A stretch of DNA of 64,000 bases from a candidate division WOR-3 bacterium (GCA_039802605.1 JBDRWW010000002.1:32001-96000); one strand, 5' to 3'; shown: positions 33,886-44,485, counted from the first letter of the stretch. Notes: a model not told the origin generated them from the letters alone. Made by a program: numbers and translations.

Positions 33886-35283
33886 ATGATATATTATATT
33901 TTAAGCGCTTGCGGATGTCCCACATACAATGTCAATTTAAGCAATAGGGTGGGGAGGGATTTACCGTACAACGACCTAAACTATATCTCAACCGAAAGGA
34001 GCATAAAAAATGTCGCATCCTGCAAGGGTAAGGTTCATGTCGCTTGGTTTGCAAGGGATTTTTCGGGGAATACGGCCATACTTTACCGTAGAAGCGCCGA
34101 CGGTGGAATAACTTGGGATCCCGCCGTACAACTAACAATCGGAAACTTGGACCTTGAACTTTGGGTTCAGTGCTATGGGGATACCGTGGTAGTTGCGTAT
34201 GAAAAACTTTTCTCTGACAAGGAAATATATTATAGGTATTCCACAAACGGTGGTGCAACTTGGAGTGCGGAAGCCGTTATGAGAGGGGGTTCTTATAACC
34301 AAGAGGGGCCATCTGTGTGGATAGGTGGGAATAAACTACACTTGGCATGGGCTGATAATACACCACTCCTTCTAACCCCCATATATTATATATTCTACAA
34401 CAATAGCACAAATTTGGGTTTGAGTTGGTCGTCAAATACCAGGTTGGATTTATCAGATTCACCCATAATAGTCGGAGACCCTACAAACCCAAACATATTG
34501 CACATTTGGTTTATGATATTCAATACCCTTGAAAGTAAGGCGAGATATATAAGGAGTGTTGATGGAGGCGCCACTTGGTCTTCAACATTTGACCTTTCAG
34601 GCGGTGTAGATGCCTCCGGAAGCGGATTTTGGAGAAGACCTGTAGGTTCAATTACGGCATACGGCATATATGTACATGCGGTCTTTGTTGATGATAGGTT
34701 TGGGAATAAGGAGGTTTTATATAGAAGATCAACGAATTCCGGCGCCTCTTGGTCGGGTATAATAAGATTGACAAATACACCCGGAACATCTTGGAGCCCA
34801 TTTATATTAACAAATCCTTTGGGGGAGGTTAGGCTTTATTGGGTTGATGATAGCGATGGGGATTACGAGGTTATGTGTAAGATTTCAACGGATAACGGTG
34901 CCAATTGGTCATCCGACGATAGGCTAACAAACAATTCCGCAAGGGATGTAATGGTTAGCCTTGATTACGACCCAACGAATTCAAGATGGCATATTGTATG
35001 GGCTTCAAACGAGACGGGCGATTGGGAGGTATATTACACATCCGACCCATGTCCTATGGGAAACGACGACGAATTGGGTGTTGAAGAAAAGGCGGATAAT
35101 GGGAATTTGAGGATATTAAGGGATGGAATAGTTTTCGATTCCGATGGAGAGGTTAAGGTTTTCGGTTGGTCGGGTAGAACTTACAAAAAGGTTTGGGTTT
35201 ATAAGGGTTATATGTTAAAACTACCCAAGGGGGTTTGGTTTGTGGAGTTTAAGGGGAGGATGTACAAGGTCGTCATAAATTAA
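33886..35283 (+). CDS. Secreted BNR/Asp-box repeat protein with a T9SS-like CTD
   Basis: Six S-x-[DN]-x-G-x-x-W repeats. C-terminal VFGWSGR...LPKGVWFV...KVVIN. TTGACA (33847) and TAAAAT (33871) promoter boxes. Confidence 0.8.
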   Translation: MIYYILSACGCPTYNVNLSNRVGRDLPYNDLNYISTERSIKNVASCKGKVHVAWFARDFSGNTAILYRRSADGGITWDPAVQLTIGNLDLELWVQCYGDTVVVAYEKLFSDKEIYYRYSTNGGATWSAEAVMRGGSYNQEGPSVWIGGNKLHLAWADNTPLLLTPIYYIFYNNSTNLGLSWSSNTRLDLSDSPIIVGDPTNPNILHIWFMIFNTLESKARYIRSVDGGATWSSTFDLSGGVDASGSGFWRRPVGSITAYGIYVHAVFVDDRFGNKEVLYRRSTNSGASWSGIIRLTNTPGTSWSPFILTNPLGEVRLYWVDDSDGDYEVMCKISTDNGANWSSDDRLTNNSARDVMVSLDYDPTNSRWHIVWASNETGDWEVYYTSDPCPMGNDDELGVEEKADNGNLRILRDGIVFDSDGEVKVFGWSGRTYKKVWVYKGYMLKLPKGVWFVEFKGRMYKVVIN

Positions 35284-35309
35284 GTAAAACGGGGGTATAA
35301 TACCCGTTT

Positions 35310-36437
35310 ATGAAATTAAGAACCGAAGAAGTTGTGTTGAACATGGGTCCTCAGCACCCTTCAACACATGGGGTTTTAAGGTTAATATTGCACCTTGAAG
35401 GTGAGAAAATAATAAAGGTTGAGCCGGTTATAGGCTATCTACATAGGGGGGTAGAAAAGTTATGCGAGTATAGGGGTTATGACAACATAGTTCCCATACT
35501 CGAAAGGAACGACTACTTGGCACCCTCTTTAAACGCCCTTCCATTTGTTTTGGCCGTGGAAAAAGGCGCAAATATAGAGGTTCCGAAAAGGGCACAATAT
35601 TTGAGGGTACTTTTGGCGGAAATTGAAAGGATAACATCGCACCTTGTGGCAATAGGTACATACGGTTTGGATCTGGGTGGCGCTTTTGGAGGTGGTACAA
35701 ACTTGGCAATGTTTTGCTTTAGGGATAGGGAAAAACTCTTGGATTTGAAAGAAATCCTTACGGGTTCAAGGTTTCACCCGAATTTTGTATTCATAGGTGG
35801 CGTTAGGTATGATGTTCCGGCGGGTTTCGATAAAAAGGTTAAAGAAACCGTAAAGTATTTAAGGAAATCCTTTGAGGATTACGAACCATTTTTAACAAAT
35901 CCGGTGTTTAAGGCGAGAACCCAAGGGGTAGGGGTTTTACCAAAGGATTTGGCCCTGAAACTCGGAACATCGGGACCCACTTTAAGGGGAAGCGGCGTCC
36001 CCTATGATATAAGAAAATCCGATGGTTATTCATCCTATAACGACTTTCAATTTAATGTTATAACCCTTGAAAGCGGGGATGCATTCGCGAGGGCAACCGT
36101 CAGGTACTTGGAAATGTTTGAGTCTTTAAAGATTATAGAACAGGTTATAGATGGATTGCCGGAAGGCCCCATAAGCTCCCGTATGCCCGTAAAAACCCCC
36201 GTTGGTATAAAACTCCCAGCGGATACCTGGGTGTACGCAAAGGTTGAAAGTCCGAGGGGCGAGTTGGGAGCGTTTATTTATTCCGATGGGAAGCCTCAAC
36301 CCGCAAGGGTAAAGCTCCGTTCCCCATCCTTCTCAAACCTTATGGCCATACAACACATATTGCCGGGGCATTACATTGCGGATACAATAGCCGTTTTGGG
36401 TTCCCTTGACCCCGTATTCGGGGATGTGGATAGGTAA
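35310..36437 (+). CDS. nuoD: NADH-quinone oxidoreductase subunit D (49-kDa subunit)
   Basis: NMGPQHPSTHGVLRL, GYLHRGVEK, ESPRGELG, DPVFGDVDR. No Ni-binding CxxC motifs, so not a hydrogenase. Confidence 0.92.
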   Translation: MKLRTEEVVLNMGPQHPSTHGVLRLILHLEGEKIIKVEPVIGYLHRGVEKLCEYRGYDNIVPILERNDYLAPSLNALPFVLAVEKGANIEVPKRAQYLRVLLAEIERITSHLVAIGTYGLDLGGAFGGGTNLAMFCFRDREKLLDLKEILTGSRFHPNFVFIGGVRYDVPAGFDKKVKETVKYLRKSFEDYEPFLTNPVFKARTQGVGVLPKDLALKLGTSGPTLRGSGVPYDIRKSDGYSSYNDFQFNVITLESGDAFARATVRYLEMFESLKIIEQVIDGLPEGPISSRMPVKTPVGIKLPADTWVYAKVESPRGELGAFIYSDGKPQPARVKLRSPSFSNLMAIQHILPGHYIADTIAVLGSLDPVFGDVDR

Positions 36438-36439
36438 AG

Positions 36440-37789
36440 ATGGATAGGGGAACAAGATTAATACTATACTTCGTTTTTGTGTTTGTTTTTTTCTTTGTAT
36501 GGGATTACTTTGTTTTGAGACCTAAAAGGGAGGCCCTTTTAAAGGAAAGCGAAAAAACCGAAAAGGTTGAAAAAAGACATGAATCCACTCCCAAAATAGC
36601 ACACTTAAAGTTCAACGGATACGAATATTTAATAGATTCAAACACGGGGGCCATTTTCGGATTAAGGGATGAAAAACACAAGGCTAAAATCTCCGGATAC
36701 ATAGTTAAGCCCCTACGCGTTGATTCCCAAGGGGTTGAGGTTGTCAAAAACGGAGTTATAACGGATAGGTTCGAGATAGCACACCTGGGAAATTTTAGGC
36801 TAAAAGTGGTTTTAAAGGAGGAAATACCCTTTGAAATAACCACACCCCTAACGGAATACAATGGTTATAGGGGTGAAAGGAAACAACTTTTTATACAATA
36901 TTTGAACGGAAAAACTAAGAAATACGATTATAAAAATGCGAATATGGACTTCTATACGGATACCGTGAAATGGATGGGTTTGAGGTCAAGGTATTATTTG
37001 GCATCGGTATGGGATTTTAAGGGTTTTGCATCCTCTTTTAAGGATGGCGATAGGATAACCATAAGGTTGTATCCGAAAGGGGATAAGGAGTTTTACATAT
37101 TTCTTGGACCCGCGGAGAGGAATTTGCTTTCCGGAGAACCCGATATGAGGGCGGCTTTTGACCTCGGGGGTGGGTGGTCCACATTTATCGCATGGCCCAT
37201 ATACTGGGCTTTAATATGGTTTGAGGGTTTAACAAAAAATTACGGGCTTGCCATAATCCTTTTGGCAATACTTATAAAAATCCTAACATCACCCCTATCA
37301 ATAAATATTTACAAATCCTCTCAGAAAATGCAGAAGTTAAAACCAAAACTTGAAAAAATACAAAAACTCTATAAGGATGACCCAGAAAGGTTGCAATGGG
37401 AAACCATGAAACTTTACAGGGAAGCCGGCTTTAATCCCCTGAGCGGATGCTTGCCCCTACTCTTGCAACTTCCCATATTCTTTGCTTTATATCAGGTTTT
37501 GCAGAACGCAATAGAGTTAAAGGGGGCGGAGTTTCTATTATGGATAAAGGATTTAAGCCATAAGGACCCGTACTATGTTCTCCCGATAGTGATGGGGGGT
37601 ATAAGCCTATTGAACGCTTACCTTCAACCCGGTTTGGATCCGCAGGCGAAAAGGACATCAATGATTATGTCCGCCTTATTCGTGTTTATTTTCCTAAGTT
37701 TTCCCGCGGGTATAGTTCTGTATTGGTTAATATACTCCCTTTTGGGCATCGTTGAGCAGAGAATATACAAAGCATTATGGAAACTATAA
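36440..37789 (+). CDS. yidC: Membrane protein insertase YidC
   Basis: NYGLAIILL, NPLSGCLPLLLQLPIF, WIKDLS..DPYYVLP, PAGIVLYW. Confidence 0.94.
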   Translation: MDRGTRLILYFVFVFVFFFVWDYFVLRPKREALLKESEKTEKVEKRHESTPKIAHLKFNGYEYLIDSNTGAIFGLRDEKHKAKISGYIVKPLRVDSQGVEVVKNGVITDRFEIAHLGNFRLKVVLKEEIPFEITTPLTEYNGYRGERKQLFIQYLNGKTKKYDYKNANMDFYTDTVKWMGLRSRYYLASVWDFKGFASSFKDGDRITIRLYPKGDKEFYIFLGPAERNLLSGEPDMRAAFDLGGGWSTFIAWPIYWALIWFEGLTKNYGLAIILLAILIKILTSPLSINIYKSSQKMQKLKPKLEKIQKLYKDDPERLQWETMKLYREAGFNPLSGCLPLLLQLPIFFALYQVLQNAIELKGAEFLLWIKDLSHKDPYYVLPIVMGGISLLNAYLQPGLDPQAKRTSMIMSALFVFIFLSFPAGIVLYWLIYSLLGIVEQRIYKALWKL

Positions 37790-38367
37790 TCCTAAGGATA
37801 ATAATCAGTCCCTTTTTGATATTATCCTTAACATTTCACGAGTTTGCCCACGCTTGGAGTGCTTACAAACTTGGAGACCCAACCGCAAAGTATGAAGGTA
37901 GGTTATCGTTAAACCCTTTGGTGCATTTGGATTTGATAGGCCTCTTAATGGTTATCCTTGTGGGGTTTGGTTGGGCAAAACCCGTACCCGTCAACCCCTA
38001 CAACTTTAAAAATCCCCCATTGCATACATCCATAGTGGCATTCGCGGGTCCCCTTTCCAACATAATTTTAGCCTTAGTAGGTGTTATAGTTTCAAAGTTT
38101 ATAAACCCCGTAGGAATTGATACATTCGTGTGGATAAACATATATTTGGCGGTTTTTAACCTTATACCCCTTCCACCATTGGACGGTTGGAGAATCCTTC
38201 AAGGCTTATATCCGAGGTTTTACGGCGATTATTCCCTTGAAGTAAAACTTTCCTATGTATTACTCGGCATAATCTTTGTTTCCATACTAACCCCAATTGA
38301 TATAATAGGGTGGTTCCTCTATCCAATTTCATCGTTTATATACCTCCTGTTGCACTCGTTGGTATGA
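37777..38367 (+). CDS. Site-2 protease (M50 family)
   Basis: HEFAH, GDPT, FGWAKPVP, AGPLSN, NLIPLPPLDG. Confidence 0.92.
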   Translation: METIILRIIISPFLILSLTFHEFAHAWSAYKLGDPTAKYEGRLSLNPLVHLDLIGLLMVILVGFGWAKPVPVNPYNFKNPPLHTSIVAFAGPLSNIILALVGVIVSKFINPVGIDTFVWINIYLAVFNLIPLPPLDGWRILQGLYPRFYGDYSLEVKLSYVLLGIIFVSILTPIDIIGWFLYPISSFIYLLLHSLV

Positions 38368-39683
38368 GGTTAAAATCGGTTTTGTCCTTTTTTGTGGGAA
38401 CATTAATAAGTAGAATCTTGGGTTTTTTCCGGGAAATGGTTTTTGCCTATGCCCTCGGTTCAACATACTACGCGGATGCGGTTGTTGTGGCGATAAGGAT
38501 ACCCACGATGTTGAGGGGGATCCTCGCGGAAGGTATTTCGCAAAACGCCTTCATACCGGTTTTTACAAGGTGGAAAGATGGAAGGCTTTTATGGGCGTTA
38601 ATATTTATAGTTTTAATCGCAACAACAATTGCGGTTTTGTTGGGTATCCTGCTTTCCCCTTACATATTAAAAATAATGGTTCCCGGTTTCGTTGAGGACC
38701 AGGAAAAGTTTTCGTTTACATTATGGGCAACGGTTATAACATTCCCCTCTTTATTCTTTATAAGCGCAGCATCCATAGAAATGGGGGTTTTAAACTCAAA
38801 GGGTAAATTTTTCTTATCATCTATATCACCGGTATTCTTCAACCTGGGAATGATAATTTTCCTCCCCTTCGCAAAAAACTATCCCATACTCGGGGCGTTT
38901 TCGTTTTTATTCGGTTGTTTTTTACAATTTCTGTTTTTATTGTTTTTTATAGGGGAAAGGTATCAAAAACCCGATTTCAAACACCCCGCCATTTCGGATT
39001 TTTTAAAAAACTGGCTATCCTTGGGTTTAAACAGCGGATTTTTACAATTGGCGACATTTGTTAATACATTTATGGCATCCTTCTTACCCACGGGTTCGCT
39101 GGCTTATCTAAATTATGCTTTTAGGTTGGTTCAATTACCCCAAGGGTTGGTGGGGGTATCCTTTGGAACGGTTTTATCAAAGGAAACATCGGAGAAGGAA
39201 GGGTTATCATTAAAAAACCTCAAAAAATCCCTTGTAATTGCCTCCGTTTTGGCGTTAATTTTTGTTTTAATTTTCGGGCTTTTCGGGGAATTTATAATAA
39301 GGGTTTTGTTCGTTAGGGGAAAATTTACGGTGGAAGATGCCCACAACACATATATGGCGGTTGTGGGTTATTTGGCAACCGTTCCTTCATTTATATATTC
39401 CTCAATATTTCTATCCCACCTTTTCGCTACTTTTAAGAGGAAGTGGGCGAATACCGGATTGGCCATATCAACGATTGTAAATATAATCTTTGCCCCAATT
39501 TTGGTAAAACTACTTGGATTTGTGGGAATTGCATTGGCGGTTTCCATATCCCAAAGTTCCGCCATAGTATACTGGTCAATTAAAACCTTGAACTTAAACC
39601 GTTTCTCGGCCCTTGTAATCCTTGCGCTTTTATTAACCCTTACCTTTTCGTTGGTTTTAATACTTTTTAACCTACCTGTTTAA
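38364..39683 (+). CDS. murJ: Lipid II flippase MurJ (MviN)
   Basis: SRILGFFRE, RIPTMLR...EG, AFIPVF, YAFRLVQLPQG, RGKF. Start moved to ATG 38364. Confidence 0.9.
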   Translation: MRLKSVLSFFVGTLISRILGFFREMVFAYALGSTYYADAVVVAIRIPTMLRGILAEGISQNAFIPVFTRWKDGRLLWALIFIVLIATTIAVLLGILLSPYILKIMVPGFVEDQEKFSFTLWATVITFPSLFFISAASIEMGVLNSKGKFFLSSISPVFFNLGMIIFLPFAKNYPILGAFSFLFGCFLQFLFLLFFIGERYQKPDFKHPAISDFLKNWLSLGLNSGFLQLATFVNTFMASFLPTGSLAYLNYAFRLVQLPQGLVGVSFGTVLSKETSEKEGLSLKNLKKSLVIASVLALIFVLIFGLFGEFIIRVLFVRGKFTVEDAHNTYMAVVGYLATVPSFIYSSIFLSHLFATFKRKWANTGLAISTIVNIIFAPILVKLLGFVGIALAVSISQSSAIVYWSIKTLNLNRFSALVILALLLTLTFSLVLILFNLPV

Positions 39684-40307
39684 CATCCTTTTTGTCCTTT
39701 CCAATGCATCTTTTGCCTTATCAAATGTTGGATCCTCTTTCAAAGACATCTCAAAATACTCCGAAGCCTTTTCGTAATTCCCCTTTGAATACTCGTTTAA
39801 ACCCAGCTTATAGTAGTACTCGGCTTTTTCCCTATTGCCTCTTTTCACTTCAACGGGTCTTTCCAAAGCACCACCTTTATACACATAAAGGGTTTCCACT
39901 TTAACCACCTTTTTAACATTTACATCCCGCCATTTTAGGGAGAGGTTTGGAGAAAACAGGGGTTTAAAGTCTATAATATTAACCCCCAACTCAACGGATA
40001 CACCCAAGGGGAAATCCCTTATGATACCCTCCAAACCAATGGGTATATACAACCCGTAATCCAAATTCCCCCTTTTATACCCCAAAACCGGGCCAAAACC
40101 CGAGTAAAAGAACAGATTATCAAACATATAAAAATTGTAGGAACCCAATCCCTGGACATAAAAGTCCAAATAATCCCTTAAATGCACCCCCATTCCCGAG
40201 CGGGCCTCCAAGGAAAACCTTTCCCTATAAACCTTTAAAGAAACACCGAAAGGTTCTCCGATTAAAACACCCACTGACCATCCGGATAATGATACCAAAA
40301 GGACCAT
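39672..40307 (-). CDS. Hypothetical protein: small beta-barrel-like domain plus a C-terminal TPR
   Basis: GVLIGEPFGVSLK...IPIGLE strands. AEYYYKLGLNEYSKGNYEKASEYFEMSL TPR. Confidence 0.65.
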   Translation of the reverse strand: MVLLVSLSGWSVGVLIGEPFGVSLKVYRERFSLEARSGMGVHLRDYLDFYVQGLGSYNFYMFDNLFFYSGFGPVLGYKRGNLDYGLYIPIGLEGIIRDFPLGVSVELGVNIIDFKPLFSPNLSLKWRDVNVKKVVKVETLYVYKGGALERPVEVKRGNREKAEYYYKLGLNEYSKGNYEKASEYFEMSLKEDPTFDKAKDALERTKRMLNR

Positions 40308-40345
40308 AAACGGTAAGAATTATAACCGCGTTTATAATAGCGGTA

Positions 40346-41302
40346 TTGGATAAAACTTTAAATGCCCGGAAATACAGGAGCATGGAGGAAATAACCCATG
40401 AAGATTATTTGAATTTTTTAAAGGAGCATGATACGGTGGAGATTGAGAATGTTAAAATAAAACTCCAAAAAAATTGGAAAATCAAATCCTATGGACCCCC
40501 GGCGGATTATGTTCCTGAACGCACAACCGTTTGGAGTTTTCCCGATCGCGGGGATTGGGCTACTCACAAAGGAAATTATAGAGGAAATTGGTCTCCATAT
40601 ATTCCAAGGAATTTAATATTAAAATACACCCAACCTGGCGACTGGGTACTTGACCAAATGATGGGCAGTGGAACAACACTGATTGAGGCGAAACTATTGG
40701 GGAGAAATGCAATAGGAGTGGATATAAACCTTGATGCCGTAATGGTTGCGAGGAATCGGCTTGATTTTAGGTATAACCCCCTTTTTCCAGAATATAAGGA
40801 ACCTATAATAAAAACATATTTGGGTGATGCAAGAAACCTTGATAAAATCCAAAATGAAAGTATAGATCTAATTGCAACCCATCCCCCATACGCCAATATA
40901 ATATCCTATACCAAGAACAAAAAACAGAGTGATGACCTTTCGCAACTACCTTTTAGAGAATACATTAAAGAAATGAGGAAGGTGGCAGAAGAATCTTTTA
41001 GGGTATTGAAACCCGGTAAGATATGCGCCATCCTTATAGGTGATACGAGGAAGCACAAACATTATGTTCCAATATCCTTTATGGTTATGCAAATATTCTT
41101 GGAAATGGGGTTTATACTAAAAGAAGATATAATAAAGTTGCAGTGGAATATGAAAACTACGAGAGAAAGATGGAGGGCAAGAGAATACGAATTTTATCTA
41201 ATAGCCCACGAACACATTTTCGTTTTTAAAAAACCGGAAAACGAGAAGGAATACAAGAAATACAAGTTAAGCGCAAAATGGTGGGAAAATGGTAAGATTT
41301 AA
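40346..41302 (+). CDS. DNA methyltransferase (N6/N4 family, HPPY motif), partner of the DpnII-like endonuclease
   Basis: VLDQMMGSGTT (motif I), IATHPPY (motif IV), RVLKPG, HEHIFVFKK. Overlaps the REase gene. Confidence 0.85.
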   Translation: MDKTLNARKYRSMEEITHEDYLNFLKEHDTVEIENVKIKLQKNWKIKSYGPPADYVPERTTVWSFPDRGDWATHKGNYRGNWSPYIPRNLILKYTQPGDWVLDQMMGSGTTLIEAKLLGRNAIGVDINLDAVMVARNRLDFRYNPLFPEYKEPIIKTYLGDARNLDKIQNESIDLIATHPPYANIISYTKNKKQSDDLSQLPFREYIKEMRKVAEESFRVLKPGKICAILIGDTRKHKHYVPISFMVMQIFLEMGFILKEDIIKLQWNMKTTRERWRAREYEFYLIAHEHIFVFKKPENEKEYKKYKLSAKWWENGKI

Positions 41303-42158
41303 GGAGTTGGGATTTCCAACTTTTGAGGAATATAAAAAAACTTTTTTTGAAACATTGTTAAAAACAAACAAAACTTACGAATATTTTGTAGATTGGAATA
41401 AGGTAAGAAGAAATTTAAAAATTTATCTAAATGAAATCCAACTTTTGAACTCCTTAACCAAAGTAGGGTCGGAAGAAAGGGAAAATCATCTCGCAAAGTT
41501 ATTGAAAGAATATCCCAAAACAGTTGAGGTGATTCCTCTTATTATCGCCGAAAGGGTCAAGAACAAAAAGATTGACATATTTGATCCGGAAATAGAAAAT
41601 TATATAACCTTGGAATTTGAAAAAAGCAGAGTAAATGAAAGAACAATTCCCGAAATTGTAGAATTTTGTAAGAAGGCGGGAATTTTGGAATTATTTCAAA
41701 ATATAAAGGATTTATACGATTATCTCCTTGGGGTTGAAGTGGGCATGGATACCAATGCCAGAAAAAATAGAAGTGGTGAGATTTTCCAAAAAATGTGTGG
41801 AGAAAAGTTCAAACGGCTTTTGGGTAAAGGATACAAAATTGTAGAAGAAGATCGCAAATTTTCACTATTTGAAGATGAAGATAAAAATAAAAAACACGAT
41901 TTTGTAATTTACAGGGGTGAAAACCCCATCCTTGTAATTGAATGCAACTTTTATAATGTAGCAGGAAGCAAACCCATTTCTATAGCAGAAAGTTATATTG
42001 AAATGAACAGGAAAGCGAAAAATATTGGGATAAGCTTCCTATGGATTACCGATGGACCCGGATGGGAAAATATGCAAAATTCCCTTTTAATGAGTATGAA
42101 AGAAATGGACTGGATATTGAATTTCAGGATGTTGGAGTTAATAACCAAAATTTTATAA
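41289..42158 (+). CDS. DpnII/MboI-family type II restriction endonuclease
   Basis: YFVDWNKV, GVEVGMDTNARKNRSG, KHDF...IECNFY...GSK, WITDGPGW. Confidence 0.9.
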   Translation: MVRFKELGFPTFEEYKKTFFETLLKTNKTYEYFVDWNKVRRNLKIYLNEIQLLNSLTKVGSEERENHLAKLLKEYPKTVEVIPLIIAERVKNKKIDIFDPEIENYITLEFEKSRVNERTIPEIVEFCKKAGILELFQNIKDLYDYLLGVEVGMDTNARKNRSGEIFQKMCGEKFKRLLGKGYKIVEEDRKFSLFEDEDKNKKHDFVIYRGENPILVIECNFYNVAGSKPISIAESYIEMNRKAKNIGISFLWITDGPGWENMQNSLLMSMKEMDWILNFRMLELITKIL

Positions 42159-42196
42159 CCCACAAGCAAATAAAACAACAGTATAATACCGGGTTT

Positions 42197-42484
42197 ATGA
42201 GGGAATACGAGGTGGCTTTATTGCTAAGCCCTCAGCAGGGCGACGAGTCCCATGCTGAGTCCATAGAAAAGGTAAAGGATTTTATATTGAAAAACGGCGG
42301 GGAGATTTTGGAAGAGGAGGATTGGGGCATTAGAAAGTTGGCATATCCCATAAAAAAGCAGGAATACGGAAGGTATTACTTCATACGCTTTAAATCCCCC
42401 CCGAATGTCGCCTACGACTTGAACAATCACATAAGGCTTATGAGGGCATTTCTAAGGCATATGATAGTAAGGAGGGATGACTGA
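42197..42484 (+). CDS. rpsF: 30S ribosomal protein S6
   Basis: MREYE..., WGIRKLAYPIKK, LRHMIVR. Start ATG 42197, 9 nt after TATAAT. Confidence 0.95.
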   Translation: MREYEVALLLSPQQGDESHAESIEKVKDFILKNGGEILEEEDWGIRKLAYPIKKQEYGRYYFIRFKSPPNVAYDLNNHIRLMRAFLRHMIVRRDD

Positions 42485-42918
42485 TGGGTGAGGAAAAGCT
42501 TATACGTATGCCTAATATAAATTTTGTTATACTGAGTGGGAGGTTGGTTGCGGATGCGGAGAGGAGGGTTTCAAATAACGGCAAAGGATACTTAAAAATG
42601 AGGATAGCGGTGGATCAAAGTTTCAAAAGTGGAGACACTTGGAAAAACGATACCCTTTTCATAAATGTCTTGTATTCCATACGGGACAGCCTTAGAATGG
42701 ATGAAGTGCTTAAAAGGCTTTTAAAGGGGGTACCCGTTGTGGTTGAGGGGAAATTGAGGTATAGGGAATGGGAAACGGAAGGCAAAAGGTATCAGGATTA
42801 TTTCATAAACGCTTATAGGGTTCAGATTTTGGAAAAGAAGGTGGGGCAACAGATTGAAGGGGAATTTTCCGATTTGGACGAGGAAGAAGGTTTGCCGCCG
42901 GAGGATATACCATTTTAA
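42484..42918 (+). CDS. ssb: Single-stranded DNA-binding protein
   Basis: INFVILSGRL, KGVPVVVEGKL, C-terminal EDIPF. rpsF-ssb-rpsR synteny. Confidence 0.95.
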   Translation: MGEEKLIRMPNINFVILSGRLVADAERRVSNNGKGYLKMRIAVDQSFKSGDTWKNDTLFINVLYSIRDSLRMDEVLKRLLKGVPVVVEGKLRYREWETEGKRYQDYFINAYRVQILEKKVGQQIEGEFSDLDEEEGLPPEDIPF

Positions 42919-42931
42919 AAGGAGGTGAAAT

Positions 42932-43126
42932 ATGGGGAACAAAAAGGGAAGGACATTTGATTATAAGGATGTGGAAACTTTAAGCAAATACATTTCGCCT
43001 ACCGGTAAAATCCTCCCGAGGAAATATACAAAACTCTCCGCAAAGGAGCAGAGGAGACTGGCAAAAGCCATAAAGAGGGCGAGGATAATGGCGTTATTAC
43101 CATTCGTAAGGGAGTATGTGGTATGA
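42932..43126 (+). CDS. rpsR: 30S ribosomal protein S18 (short, Cys-free form)
   Basis: DYKD...GKILPR...[27 protein letters not shown]. Confidence 0.96.
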   Translation: MGNKKGRTFDYKDVETLSKYISPTGKILPRKYTKLSAKEQRRLAKAIKRARIMALLPFVREYVV

Positions 43127-43575
43127 AATATATGAACGTATTTCTGGTTAGGGATGTGCCAAAACTCGGAAAAGCGGGGAGTGTAGTTAAGGTAAAATGG
43201 GGATATGCCAAAAACTACCTAATACCTAAGGGGTTTGCGGTTGAAGCCACGGAATCCGTGTTGAAATCCTACGAAAATATGCAAAAGATGAGACAACTAT
43301 CCCTTCAAAGGAAAAAGAAAAGGTTGGAAAAGTTGGCCTCCGAAATATCAAAGCAAAAACTCTTATTCATACTCAAAACGAATGAAGAGGGAAAACCCTA
43401 TGGCTCCGTTTCGCCTTCGGATATAGCCAATAAATTAAAGGAAAAGGGTATAGGGGTGGATAGGAATATGGTTCAAACGGAACCCATATCGGAATTTGGG
43501 ACATTCCAGGTGCCCATAAAACTCCACCCAGAAATCGTAGCAACCGTCAAAGTTGTTGTAGAACCGGAAAAATGA
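43123..43575 (+). CDS. rplI: 50S ribosomal protein L9
   Basis: [33 protein letters not shown]. Confidence 0.95.
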   Translation: MKYMNVFLVRDVPKLGKAGSVVKVKWGYAKNYLIPKGFAVEATESVLKSYENMQKMRQLSLQRKKKRLEKLASEISKQKLLFILKTNEEGKPYGSVSPSDIANKLKEKGIGVDRNMVQTEPISEFGTFQVPIKLHPEIVATVKVVVEPEK

Positions 43576-44027
43576 AAAACCTTATTGAATTAGAAGTTAA
43601 ATCCGTAGTTATGATAAGCACCACCGAGGGTATACCACAAGCCTTTGCTGTCGTATTAAAGGAGAAAGGTGGTTCCCGTTTGTTGCCCATATACATAGGG
43701 GGTTTTGAGGCCAACGCCATACAAATGGCCAAAGATGGCGAAAGGTTTGAAAGACCTTTAACCCACAACTTAATAGTCAGTATCATAGAAACCTTAGGGG
43801 CAAGGGTTGAGAGGGTTGTAATAAACGATCTAATGGATAACACATTTTTCGCGAGGATAATCCTCAGTAAGGATGATAGAACTTACAGCATTGACGCAAG
43901 GCCATCGGATTCCATAGCGATTGCCCTATTAACAAATGCCCCTATATATGTTAGTGCCCATGTTTTAGAAGAGGCGGGGGAATATTCCGCAGATTGGGAC
44001 GAGGAAGGCCAAGGGGATTGGGAATAA
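43572..44027 (+). CDS. Bifunctional nuclease family protein (DUF151)
   Basis: LPIYIGGFEANAI, RPLTH, IDARPSDSIAIAL. Confidence 0.92.
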   Translation: MKNLIELEVKSVVMISTTEGIPQAFAVVLKEKGGSRLLPIYIGGFEANAIQMAKDGERFERPLTHNLIVSIIETLGARVERVVINDLMDNTFFARIILSKDDRTYSIDARPSDSIAIALLTNAPIYVSAHVLEEAGEYSADWDEEGQGDWE

Positions 44028-44485
44028 CCCTGCTGGTAATTTCTTTACCCAACGACCTTGAAGTTTTATATTATGCCCTTGATTCCGCGTGCGCCTTTGG
44101 GTGCGATTTTAACGGCTATATAGAGTTTTCCGGTATAAGAAATCCCCAATTGGAAAACTATGTATTGTTAAAATATTTAAACATTTCACCGGAATGCACA
44201 ACCCGTATAAACATTATTTCAAGCCGCGTGTCTTATAGCTTTTCTTGGATAAATTATAAAAGGGAGGCGGAGGTTAAAATGATAATAAGATCTTGCGATG
44301 GAAAGGTGGCGTATAGGTATGGCAAATATTCGGATAGGGTACCATTCAACAGGACGAACGATATAAGGGTTCCGGGAATTTCCCCGGATATAAACACAAT
44401 AACACCCTCGTATTTTGAAATAGGCATTACGAGTTTAATGGTTTTGGGTATTTTATATGCCTTTTATGTAATAGAAGGGCAATGA
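44018..44485 (+). CDS. Hypothetical protein with a C-terminal TM helix (start TTG 44018 inferred)
   Basis: Open frame inside the operon. C-terminal hydrophobic helix. Confidence 0.55.
   Translation: MGITLLVISLPNDLEVLYYALDSACAFGCDFNGYIEFSGIRNPQLENYVLLKYLNISPECTTRINIISSRVSYSFSWINYKREAEVKMIIRSCDGKVAYRYGKYSDRVPFNRTNDIRVPGISPDINTITPSYFEIGITSLMVLGILYAFYVIEGQ

Noticed and set aside
35310..36437. Possible group 4 [NiFe]-hydrogenase large subunit
   Set aside because: Both CxxC nickel-binding motifs are absent (RNDY, DPVFGDVDR).
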